A DNA stretch of 57,544 nucleotides from an uncultured delta proteobacterium (GTDB lineage Bacteria > Myxococcota_A > Polyangia > DRWM01 > JAAZOP01), in contig CAMTWF010000109.1 of the NCBI GenBank assembly GCA_947085355.1, forward strand, positions 1 to 57,544, given 5' to 3'. Shown piece by piece: positions 16,011 to 23,757 of this stretch. The notes below the pieces were generated by a model. That model was given only the letters and a program-made list of their open reading frames with translations. It was not told where the DNA came from and searched no databases. The first letter of the stretch is position 1. The number at the start of each line of letters is the position of its first letter. A program made the translations under genes and the position numbers.

Positions 16011-17891
16011 ATGAGCGCACCGATTCGAACGGCGGCACTGGCGATCGTTCCGGCGGTCCTGGCGGCCGCCTGCGGCAGCTCGGTGGTCGGTGGATCGTGT
16101 CCCCCGGATCGCTCCGCCTGCGGCGGGGTCTGCGTGGACACGGCGTCGGACCGCGCCAACTGCGGCGCATGCGGCGTCGCGTGCGAGGGCCACGAGGAAT
16201 GCCGGGGCGGAGCGTGCGTGGCCGTCTGCCTGCCGGGGCAGGTCTTGTGCGACGGCGAGTGCGTCGACACGCTGCGCGACAGCCGCCATTGCGGCCGGTG
16301 CGGGAACGCATGCGCCGCGCCGAGCGTCTGCGGCTTCGGCGAGTGCATGGGCGAATGCCCGGCCGGCGCCGAGCCGTGCGGCGCGGACGGGTGCGTCGAC
16401 ACGTCGAGCGATCCGGCCCATTGCGGCGGCTGCGGGCGGGCCTGCGCGCCGGGGCTGCGATGCGCCGGCGGCGCGTGCGTCGAGGGGTGCCCGGACGGCC
16501 TGGAGGACTGCGGCGGCGCGTGCGTCGACCTGCGGACCGACTGGGCGAACTGCGGATCGTGCGGCGCGGCGTGCCCGAGCGGCCGCTTCTGCCAGCGCGG
16601 CGAGTGCGTCTCCAGTTGCCTGCCGGGGTACGAGCGGTGCGGGCAGTCGTGCGTGGATCTGTCGGCGGACGCGCGGCACTGCGGCGCCTGCTTCTCCCCG
16701 TGCTCCGGCGGCCTGGTCTGCCTTGCCGGCCGGTGCGCGGACTCGTGCCTGCCCGGGCAGACCGAGTGCGCCGGGGCGTGCGTCGATCTCTCGGCGGATC
16801 CCGACAACTGCGGCGCGTGCGGCCGGGCCTGCCCGGTCGGCACGCCGTGCGTCCGCGGCGTTTGCGAGAGCCCGTGTCCGGCCGGCATGGAGGACTGCGG
16901 CGGCGCGTGCGTCGACCTCGATGCCGACCCGGCGCACTGCGGCGCGTGCGGCCGGCGGTGCGCGAGCGGCGAGAGGTGCCTCTCCGGGGCGTGTCGGATC
17001 GTCTGCCCCGCAGGGCGGATCCCGTGCGGGACCGAGTGCGTCGATCCTTCGATCGACCCGGCCAACTGCGGGGAGTGCGGGCGCACCTGCGACCCCGGCC
17101 GGTATTGCCATCTCGGGTCGTGCGTCCTGGACTGCCCGCCGGACCTGGCGGCCTGCGGATCGTCGTGCGTGGACACGACCGAGAACCCGGACCATTGCGG
17201 CGGGTGCGGCGTCTCCTGCGACACGGGCATCTGCGAGGAGTCGCGTTGTGCCGACGCGTTCCCGGGCCACGTCGTGCTGATCGGCCACAACTACGCATCC
17301 TACCGCGGCGCCCAGGGCCGTCTGCTCGGGAACGCGGTCTTCCTGACGCTCCGCACCCAGGCGGTGCGCGCCGTGGCGTTCTCCGCGTGGGCGCCCACCG
17401 GCCCCGGCGCCACGGCCGACAACGTGGACCGCCTGATCACGACCGCGGCCGTCGGCTCGGGCCGCACGTGGGACAGGGCCTACGCCGCAGACGCCGCCGA
17501 GATGGCGGCGGCCCTGCCTGCCGTCGACCTGGCGCTCTTCTACGAGCAGTCGTCGGCGTCCGACGCCGACCTGCGCGCCGCCGGGACCGCCATGGCCCCG
17601 GCGCTGGCCGCGTTCGTGGCGCGCGGCGGCGTGGTCGTGGTCGTCGACTACATCACCGGCAACGCGGGCACATGGCAGATCCTCGACGCCGCCGGCCTGC
17701 TCTCGGCGAGCGGGGCGGAGGACATCACCGGAGCGCAGGTCAACGTGGACGGGTCCGCCACGCTCGCACTCGGCCTCCCGACCAGGTACGTGGCCGAGCG
17801 CGGATCCGTGAGCTTCGCGAGTTCCGAGCGGACCCAGGTGGTGAGACACGCGACGGGTCCGGTCGTCATCCACAAAATCTTCGCGCCCTGA
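16011..17891 (+). CDS. Secreted lipoprotein with ~10 tandem cysteine-rich repeats (C-x-G-x-CVD-x5-CG-x-CG-x-C type) and a ~230-aa C-terminal alpha/beta domain
   Basis: ATG 16011 follows GGAGGTTGGAGG. The signal and lipobox read MSAPIRTAALAIVPAVLAAAC. Units such as CGGACVDLxxDxxxCGxCGxxC repeat every ~37 aa. The track ORF start (15765) lies upstream in non-coding DNA. Confidence 0.85.
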   Translation: MSAPIRTAALAIVPAVLAAACGSSVVGGSCPPDRSACGGVCVDTASDRANCGACGVACEGHEECRGGACVAVCLPGQVLCDGECVDTLRDSRHCGRCGNACAAPSVCGFGECMGECPAGAEPCGADGCVDTSSDPAHCGGCGRACAPGLRCAGGACVEGCPDGLEDCGGACVDLRTDWANCGSCGAACPSGRFCQRGECVSSCLPGYERCGQSCVDLSADARHCGACFSPCSGGLVCLAGRCADSCLPGQTECAGACVDLSADPDNCGACGRACPVGTPCVRGVCESPCPAGMEDCGGACVDLDADPAHCGACGRRCASGERCLSGACRIVCPAGRIPCGTECVDPSIDPANCGECGRTCDPGRYCHLGSCVLDCPPDLAACGSSCVDTTENPDHCGGCGVSCDTGICEESRCADAFPGHVVLIGHNYASYRGAQGRLLGNAVFLTLRTQAVRAVAFSAWAPTGPGATADNVDRLITTAAVGSGRTWDRAYAADAAEMAAALPAVDLALFYEQSSASDADLRAAGTAMAPALAAFVARGGVVVVVDYITGNAGTWQILDAAGLLSASGAEDITGAQVNVDGSATLALGLPTRYVAERGSVSFASSERTQVVRHATGPVVIHKIFAP

Positions 17892-17913
17892 AATCAGTGG
17901 TCAGTCGAGTCCA

Positions 17914-17946
17914 GTTTCGGGTTTCGGGTTTCGGGTTTCGGGTTTC
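17914..17946. repeat. Heptamer tandem array (GTTTCGG) x 4.7
   Basis: Read directly, downstream of the stop at 17891. Confidence 0.95.
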
Positions 17947-17952
17947 AAGCTG

Positions 17953-18027
17953 CTCCAAACTCCAAACTCCAAACTCCAAACTCCAAACTCCAAACTCCAA
18001 ACTCCAAACTCCAAACTCCAAACTCCC
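17953..18027. repeat. Heptamer tandem array (CTCCAAA) x 10.5
   Basis: Perfect period of 7 from 17953 to 18022, then ctccc. Confidence 0.95.
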
Positions 18028-18053
18028 TGCTTGGTTGCGGCGCCGCCGCGCTA
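18021..18053. repeat. Half copy (loop plus one arm) of the 39773-39849 MITE-like element
   Basis: ttggttgcggcgccgccgcgcta (18031-18053) is identical to the reverse complement of 39781-39803. aactccct upstream also matches, with a 2-nt indel. It supplies the stop codon (cta, 18051-18053) of the SMC-like gene. Confidence 0.8.
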
Positions 18054-20756
18054 TGCCTCCGCCACGACGGGCGCCGGTGCGTACGGCTCCTCCGGCCGCT
18101 TCTTGCGTAGCATCAGCACCAGCGACGCCGGGTCGAGCTGCGCGCGGTCGAGCGTGGTCGGCGCCGTGATGATGAACTGCGCTCCCGCCGCGCGCAGGAA
18201 ACGACCGACGTGGTCCACGCGGTCCACCGACAAGTGCGCGAACGGCTCGTCCAGGATGAAGAAGCCGCGACCCTCCAGCTCCACCATCGCCATCAGCAGC
18301 ACCAGTCCGGCGACCACCTGCTGCCCGCCGCTGAACGACGGGTCGCCCAGCGGCAGCGGATCCTTGCCGTCGAAGCCGAAGCGCGCGTGGATCGCCGCTT
18401 CGTCCAGCACCCGATCGTCGTCCTCCAGCCGGGGCAAATCCATCTCCACCACGACCTCCGCCGTACGTCCCACCTCGACCGCGCGGCGGCGGTAGTCGCC
18501 GAGCGCCGCGTGCACCGCCTCGATGTGGCGCCGCCGGCATTCGGACAGCTCCGCGCGCGATTGCTCCGCTTCCGCGCGCCGCGCGGCGACGTGCCCTTCC
18601 AGCTCCTCCACGTTGCGCGTCAGGTTGTCGGCTTCCGCCCGGACCTCGGGCCTCGGCGGCTCGCCGAGACGCTCCAGGTCCGCGCGCGCACGCTCCAAGT
18701 CGGCCCGGACCGTGTCCGCACCGTCCAGCTCGCCACGCTCCGCCCGCTGCCGCAGGGCCGCCGACACTCCCGCGAACTCGACGTCGATGCGCCGGTCGCA
18801 CGACGCCACGAGATCCTCGGTGCGCCCCAGCGCCTCGCGTTCTCCGGCGAGCTGCCGCGCGAACTCCTCCACGCGCCGGTCGGCCGACTCCGCGTCGAAC
18901 CGCGCCGTCGCGGCCTCCGCCGCCGCGGACGCACGGGCGGCATCCCGCGCTTCCGCTTCCGCACGAGCTTCCGCCCGCACCCGTTGCGCCGCGGCATCGG
19001 CCTCGCGCGCCCGCGGCAGATCCGCCGTCTCGCGGACGAGCGCCCGGCGGCGCCGCTCCCGTTCGAGCGCCTCGGCGGCGTCGCGTCGTTCCGCGCCCGC
19101 GACACCCAGGGCCTCGGAAGCCGCCGTGCAGCCTCTCTCCGCGTCGGCCGACTCGCTCCGGGCCCGCTCGAGCGCCGCTCGGCGGCCGGCTTCCCCCAGC
19201 ACGCGGTCGACCGGACGAGCCGCCCACGCCCCGCGCCGGTCGCGCCACGATCCGTCCGCCGAGGCGTCGATCTCCGCGGCCCACGAGCGCAACCACGTCG
19301 GGGCCTTCGCCGACAGCTCCAGCGGCCCGCAACGCTCGGCCGTCTCCGTCCGTTCACCGGCGAACACCGGCCCCGGAAAACCGTGCGCGGCGGCCGCCTC
19401 GAAAGCCGTTCGCGCGACCGGCTCGTCGACGAGCAACGCGAAGCGGGCGTCGCCGAGCGCCGCCTCGACGGCGGCGCCCTCGGGTCCGGGCGCCTCCACG
19501 GCCGTCGCCAGGAGATCGGCGGTGATGCCCCGCGAGCGCAACTCGATCAGCGTCGCCTCGACCGCCGGCGGATGCACGGGCATCCCTGCCTCCAGGCGCC
19601 GGACGCGCTCGACCGCCGCGTCCCGCCGTTCGCGCGAAGCCCCGGCTTCCCGTTCGGCGGCGAAGAACGCGCGCGCCGCCTCCTCGTCGCGTCGTTCCAG
19701 CGCATCGAGGTCCTGCGGCGGCAGCCGCGCCAGCTCCGCCGACTTGGCTTCCAGGTCGGCCAGCGTCCGGGCCGCCCGCTCCGCCGCGGCCGCGGCGCGC
19801 TCGAGCGTCCGGCGCGCTTCCCCTGCGGCCAGGGCGGCCGCCTCACGGGCCGCCTCGGCCGTCCGCTCCCGCTCCCGCGCCTGTTCGGTCGCCGCCCGCA
19901 GCCGCAGCGCTTCGGTCTCGCCGTTGCGCACCTTGGTCCGCAGCGCGGGCAGCTTCGCCGACGCCTCCGCCCGCTCGCGCCAGAGAGCCTGGAGCTCCGC
20001 GGCGGGCAGACGCTCCTCCAGTTCCGCCAGCCGATCGCGCGCCCGCTCCCACTGCTCGAGCCGCTCGACGGAGCGCAGAACCGCCGCCAGCTCGGACTGG
20101 CGCGCCTGGAGCGCCGCCGTCTGCCGCGCCACCTCCCGCTCGGTGTCCTCGTAGCGCCGCCGCGCCTCCTGGTAGCGCTCGAGCACCGTCCGGTCGCCGA
20201 GCATCTCCAGCACGTACTGGAGCAGGTGCCGGGGCGACAGATCGAACAGGGCGTTCGTCCGCCCCTGCTCGATGGCCAGCACGTTCATCAGGCTGCGCGT
20301 CACCCCCGCCTGCTCCAGCGCTCGCGCGTACCGTTCCGGACCGTAGAACTCGCGCGAGTCGAGCAGAGCGCGCCGGCACGTCTCGACCGGCGCGCGGCCG
20401 GGCAGGATGGCGAAGCGCTTCTCGGGCGAGCCGCCCGAGGGAACCAGCGCGCAGGCCAGCGTCACCTCGGCCTCCACGATGCGCTCGCGGCGGAACGGCG
20501 GGCCCGCGCCGGGGAGGTTGCGGTTCTCCACCACCGCGCGAAGAAGCACCGGCGCATCCGGGCGCCGGACGTAGTGCTGGATCCGCCGGCGCGAGGAGAG
20601 TCGCGGCGCGTTGAGGAGCTGGCGCAGGGCGTCCAGAAGCGTCGTCTTGCCCGAACCGTTCGGGCCGACCAGGAGGACGACGTCGCGGTCGAGGGGCACG
20701 CGGACCGCGGACCACAGATCCCAGCCGTTGACCGACAGCTCGAGGAAGCGGAACAC
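18051..20756 (-). CDS. SMC-like ABC ATPase, MksB/JetC-like (901 aa)
   Basis: GTG 20756 overlaps the upstream TAG by 1 nt. The N-terminus reads FRFLELSVNGWDLWSAVRVPLDRDVVLLVGPNGSGKTTLLDALRQLL (Walker A). A ~650-aa coiled-coil follows. The C-terminus has FSGGQQVVAGLVLLMAM (signature) and FFILDEPFAHLS (Walker B). The track ORF extends 247 codons further into the upstream gene. Confidence 0.8.
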   Translation of the reverse strand: MFRFLELSVNGWDLWSAVRVPLDRDVVLLVGPNGSGKTTLLDALRQLLNAPRLSSRRRIQHYVRRPDAPVLLRAVVENRNLPGAGPPFRRERIVEAEVTLACALVPSGGSPEKRFAILPGRAPVETCRRALLDSREFYGPERYARALEQAGVTRSLMNVLAIEQGRTNALFDLSPRHLLQYVLEMLGDRTVLERYQEARRRYEDTEREVARQTAALQARQSELAAVLRSVERLEQWERARDRLAELEERLPAAELQALWRERAEASAKLPALRTKVRNGETEALRLRAATEQARERERTAEAAREAAALAAGEARRTLERAAAAAERAARTLADLEAKSAELARLPPQDLDALERRDEEAARAFFAAEREAGASRERRDAAVERVRRLEAGMPVHPPAVEATLIELRSRGITADLLATAVEAPGPEGAAVEAALGDARFALLVDEPVARTAFEAAAAHGFPGPVFAGERTETAERCGPLELSAKAPTWLRSWAAEIDASADGSWRDRRGAWAARPVDRVLGEAGRRAALERARSESADAERGCTAASEALGVAGAERRDAAEALERERRRRALVRETADLPRAREADAAAQRVRAEARAEAEARDAARASAAAEAATARFDAESADRRVEEFARQLAGEREALGRTEDLVASCDRRIDVEFAGVSAALRQRAERGELDGADTVRADLERARADLERLGEPPRPEVRAEADNLTRNVEELEGHVAARRAEAEQSRAELSECRRRHIEAVHAALGDYRRRAVEVGRTAEVVVEMDLPRLEDDDRVLDEAAIHARFGFDGKDPLPLGDPSFSGGQQVVAGLVLLMAMVELEGRGFFILDEPFAHLSVDRVDHVGRFLRAAGAQFIITAPTTLDRAQLDPASLVLMLRKKRPEEPYAPAPVVAEA

Positions 20757-21565
20757 TACTCCTCCGCGATCGCGTAGCGCGTCTTGGCGCGCTCGCCGAG
20801 CTTGCGTACGCGACCCGATTCGGCGAGGTCGCGCAGGATGGCCCGCAGGCGCGCGCGCTTCTCGCCCGTCTCGCGCTCCAGATCGGTCATCGCCGCCTCG
20901 CCCCCGAAGCGCCGGAGCACCGCCAGGACCTGCTCTTCCGGACCGGTAGGCGATTCGCCCTGGGCGATCCCCGCCGAGCGTTCCTCCAGGAGTTGGGCCA
21001 GGACGTTGCGGCGGATGAACGCGGACATGCGCTCGCCATCGATGCCCAACTCCAAGAGCGGGCCCGCCTCGATCAGGTCGCCGCGGCCGCCGATGAACTT
21101 GAGGTTCCGCAGTCGGCCGATCAGCCGCCGGATGTTCGTCTCCGAGCCCAGGATCTTGTGGAACTCGCGCACGAGCGCTTCCATCCGGACCGAGGGAACG
21201 AAGTCGCGTGCGGACGCCGCCCGGTCTTCCGGGAGCAGGGCCGCCTGTCCCGGGACCTGGCGGGTGTCTTCCGCGGTCCGTTTCTGGAGGACCAGGCGTG
21301 ACCACAGGACGACCAGCAGCGCGCAGGCGTCGCTGCGCAGCCGCAGGTTCGAGGCCGCATCGAAGGCGGAGTCCGCCAGGACCTCGGGCGAGAGCCGGAT
21401 GCCGACGTGCTCCGAGTAGGCGCTCGCGGCAAGCACGAGGCCCACCGTCGTCAGGCGACGCTCGACCTCGCCGCGCACTTCGGGGTGGTCCAGGCACGGC
21501 AGCTCCGAACGGGCCACCGCGCCCTCCCGGAGCAGGCGCGCGCAGATGTGCCGGGCGTCATCCAT
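20756..21565 (-). CDS. MksE/JetB-like (DUF4194-like) protein with an extra C-terminal winged-helix
   Basis: The size, the position between the kleisin-like and SMC-like genes, and the pattern LRLRSDACALLVVLWSRLV ... IRRLIGRLRNLKFI..GDLIEAGPLLELGID resemble MksE/JetB. The assignment is from memory and context, not a search. Confidence 0.55.
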   Translation of the reverse strand: MDDARHICARLLREGAVARSELPCLDHPEVRGEVERRLTTVGLVLAASAYSEHVGIRLSPEVLADSAFDAASNLRLRSDACALLVVLWSRLVLQKRTAEDTRQVPGQAALLPEDRAASARDFVPSVRMEALVREFHKILGSETNIRRLIGRLRNLKFIGGRGDLIEAGPLLELGIDGERMSAFIRRNVLAQLLEERSAGIAQGESPTGPEEQVLAVLRRFGGEAAMTDLERETGEKRARLRAILRDLAESGRVRKLGERAKTRYAIAEE

Positions 21566-22952
21566 CCCCGCCTCCCGGCACGCGCGGCCTCACCTGGCCC
21601 GGCGTGAGTCGACGCAACGGGCCGTCGGCCAGTTCCTCCGGAAAACCGTCACCGGGCGTGCGGACGTCGACGGGAAGCGCGCCCAGTCGTCCCGCCACGC
21701 CCTCGCCTTGGCGCTGGTCGCCGGCGAGGGCGAGGAGGCTCAGCCGGAGGAACGACTCGCCCGCGCTCCGGCGCGGAACGATACCCGACAACGGGACCGG
21801 CGCCGAGCCGCGTGCGACGGCTGCCAGGTCGGCGAGCAGCGCGGCGGCTTCTTGCGGCGCCGGTTCGGCATCGGTGGTTCGTGCGGCCGGCGGCGGCTCC
21901 TCCCACGCCGCCGCTTCCGTCTCGGGACGCTCGCGCAGGACTTGCTGTTCGGCGGCCGAGGCGACGACGTCGGTGGTGAGGAGCGGGGGCGGCTCGAGGA
22001 TGGGCAGGAGGGCCTCGCGCGCGACCGCGGCCAGCTCCTCGCGCGTGCGGCGCATCAGCGCGCGAACGATCTGCTCGGTGGTCAGGCCGGCGGTCAAGCG
22101 GATGTACTGGCGGCCGATCTCGGTGATGTCGCGGTGCAGCTCCGACCCGGCGCCGTGCAGGCGCGAAAGCAGGTCGTGGACCTCGCGCACGACGGCGCGG
22201 GCGGCGGGATTGTCGAGCGGCACGCGATCGAGGACCGCGCGGATCTCGGAGGAGAGCCGCAGCGTCTCCTGGAGCCGCGCCGCGGCGCGGCGCAGGACGA
22301 CCTCGGAGTGCGACGCGCGCGCCGACTCGATCGCCTCGCGCAGCGCGGTGAGGCGGCCGCGCATCGATACCAAGTGGCGCAACGGATCGATGCCGATGCG
22401 CAGGGCGTACTCGATGCCCGCCACCGTCGGCAGCATTCCGGCCTCGCGCAGGCGCTTGTGGAGGAAGGCGAGCACGTCGTAGGCCCACCGACCGGAGTCG
22501 GTGATCGACGTGCCCGTCCGCGGGTCGAACTCGAGCCAGCCGCTCTGGCGCAGCACGGCGAGGACGGAACGTCGCGCGTCGTCGGAGAGCCAGTAGAGGC
22601 GCTCATCGAGGTCCGCGGTCGACAGGGCGGCCGTGTCGGCGGCGACGACCGATTCGATCGCGGCGGCGCGGACGAGGAAGTCGCGCTCCGAGCGGCCGAC
22701 GAGTGCGTGGAGCAGCGGGTAGACGGCCTCCAGCTCGGCGACGGCCCGCAGCTCGGGAACGTCGTCCGGCGCGAGGCCGCCGGTGAGGTCGGCGAGGGTC
22801 TCCCCGCCGGTCGACGCGTCGGGCGGGTGGGTACCGCTCACCGCTGCATCCGGAGCGACGCTGCTCCCCTCGGTTCTCCCCAGGGGTCCGCCGCCGGTCG
22901 CGACGGGAGCGTCGTGCCCGCTCCTCTCCTGTTCCCGGCCACGATCGGTCAC
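21558..22952 (-). CDS. MksF/JetA-like (DUF3375-like, kleisin-type) protein, tentative
   Basis: A 464-aa ORF sits first in the triad, and its stop overlaps the next start by 8 nt. The call rests mainly on size and gene order. The N-terminal ~60 aa are low complexity, so the GTG 22952 start is uncertain. Confidence 0.45.
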   Translation of the reverse strand: MTDRGREQERSGHDAPVATGGGPLGRTEGSSVAPDAAVSGTHPPDASTGGETLADLTGGLAPDDVPELRAVAELEAVYPLLHALVGRSERDFLVRAAAIESVVAADTAALSTADLDERLYWLSDDARRSVLAVLRQSGWLEFDPRTGTSITDSGRWAYDVLAFLHKRLREAGMLPTVAGIEYALRIGIDPLRHLVSMRGRLTALREAIESARASHSEVVLRRAAARLQETLRLSSEIRAVLDRVPLDNPAARAVVREVHDLLSRLHGAGSELHRDITEIGRQYIRLTAGLTTEQIVRALMRRTREELAAVAREALLPILEPPPLLTTDVVASAAEQQVLRERPETEAAAWEEPPPAARTTDAEPAPQEAAALLADLAAVARGSAPVPLSGIVPRRSAGESFLRLSLLALAGDQRQGEGVAGRLGALPVDVRTPGDGFPEELADGPLRRLTPGQVRPRVPGGGDG

Positions 22953-22990
22953 GCCGAAGCAGATACCACGAGAGGACGCGGCGATCCACG

Positions 22991-23035
22991 GCCGTTCCGC
23001 CCGTTCTGCCCGATCTACCCGATCTACCCGTTCCG
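22991..23035. repeat. 9-mer tandem array (CCCGATCTA / CCCGTTCYG) x 5
   Basis: gccgttccg cccgttctg cccgatcta cccgatcta cccgttccg read directly. Confidence 0.85.
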
Positions 23036-23575
23036 GCGCCGTAACCGTTCACCGGGGGGGTCGGATTCCGTGAACGAGCCCGTGCCCGTGCCCGTGCCCG
23101 ATGGGTACTGCGCGGACCGCGCGCCGGCGTCGCCCAGCAGGCGCGCCAGATCCCGATCGAAGCGGTCGGCGTGCGTGGACCTCCAGTAGATCCGCCCGCA
23201 GCGCGCGCAGCGCCCGAACCGGTCGCACGTGACGGCCACGTGCGCGGGGACCCATGCCGCCGCGGCGCCGGGCTCGTGCAACGACAGCGGCTCGTTGCAC
23301 AGGGAGCAACGGGTGAACCTCCGGGAGACGTCCGGCAGATCCCAGCGGGCGGCGACCTGACGGATCTGGCCGCCCAGGCCGGCGGCATCGAGCAGCAGCA
23401 CGGGGAGGCCGGCGCTTTCCAGGCGCGCGGCGCGGCGGCGGTGGCGCGTCAGCACCGTCCGCCCGGAGGCCCGCGCCTCGGCGATGAGGTCGGCCTCGCC
23501 GCCGGGCGCCCTCGCTTCGGCGTCGACTCCCAGAAGCCGCAGCCACCGGCCGAGGCGGCCCAGCATGGCGTCCAC
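23024..23575 (-). CDS. Mut7-C / DUF82 PIN-like nuclease domain protein with C-terminal zinc ribbon
   Basis: VVDAMLGRLGRWLRLLGVDA ... RTVLTRHRR ... FTRCSLCNEPL ... CARCGRIYWRSTHADR is the classic Mut7-C pattern. Start placed at GTG 23575 just before VDAML. The C-terminal tail (GTGTGTGSFTE) is translated repeat DNA. Confidence 0.8.
   Translation of the reverse strand: MDAMLGRLGRWLRLLGVDAEARAPGGEADLIAEARASGRTVLTRHRRRAARLESAGLPVLLLDAAGLGGQIRQVAARWDLPDVSRRFTRCSLCNEPLSLHEPGAAAAWVPAHVAVTCDRFGRCARCGRIYWRSTHADRFDRDLARLLGDAGARSAQYPSGTGTGTGSFTESDPPGERLRRRNG
23068..23101 (+). repeat. Partial copy of the CCGTGAACG-(GCCCGN)n leader element (no promoter module)
   Basis: ccgtgaacgagcccgtgcccgtgcccgtgcccga matches 29172-29204. 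Confidence 0.7.
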
Positions 23576-23617
23576 GACGACCGCGGGGAAGTCCCGACCC
23601 CGGGTTCCGGGGTTTCC

Positions 23618-23653
23618 GTTCACGTTCACGTCCACGTCCACGTCCACGTCGAC
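23618..23653. repeat. Hexamer tandem array (GTYCAC) x 6, i.e. (GTGGAC)n on the minus strand, just upstream of the Mut7-C start
   Basis: gttcac gttcac gtccac gtccac gtccac gtcgac. Same unit and same orientation relative to the downstream gene as 31899-31940. Confidence 0.9.
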
Positions 23654-23757
23654 GATCCCCCCGACCGCCGACCGCCGAATCGTCCGGGGTTGCGGCCTGA
23701 CCGAACCGATCGTAGTCTTTCGCGGTCCCGGCCGCCAAGAGGGCCGGACCGACACGG

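Noticed and set aside
15753-17873. A 706-aa minus-strand ORF and several 400-470-aa ORFs over the cysteine-rich repeat gene.
   Set aside because: They are antisense or alternative frames of the Cys-repeat gene. The + frame has a lipoprotein signal, an RBS and a regular Cys spacing.
17892-18050. Search for a JetD/MksG (Toprim) gene downstream of the SMC-like gene.
   Set aside because: The 160-bp spacer is pure repeat DNA followed by a convergent gene. No ORF of suitable size or motif exists, so absence is reported rather than a feature.
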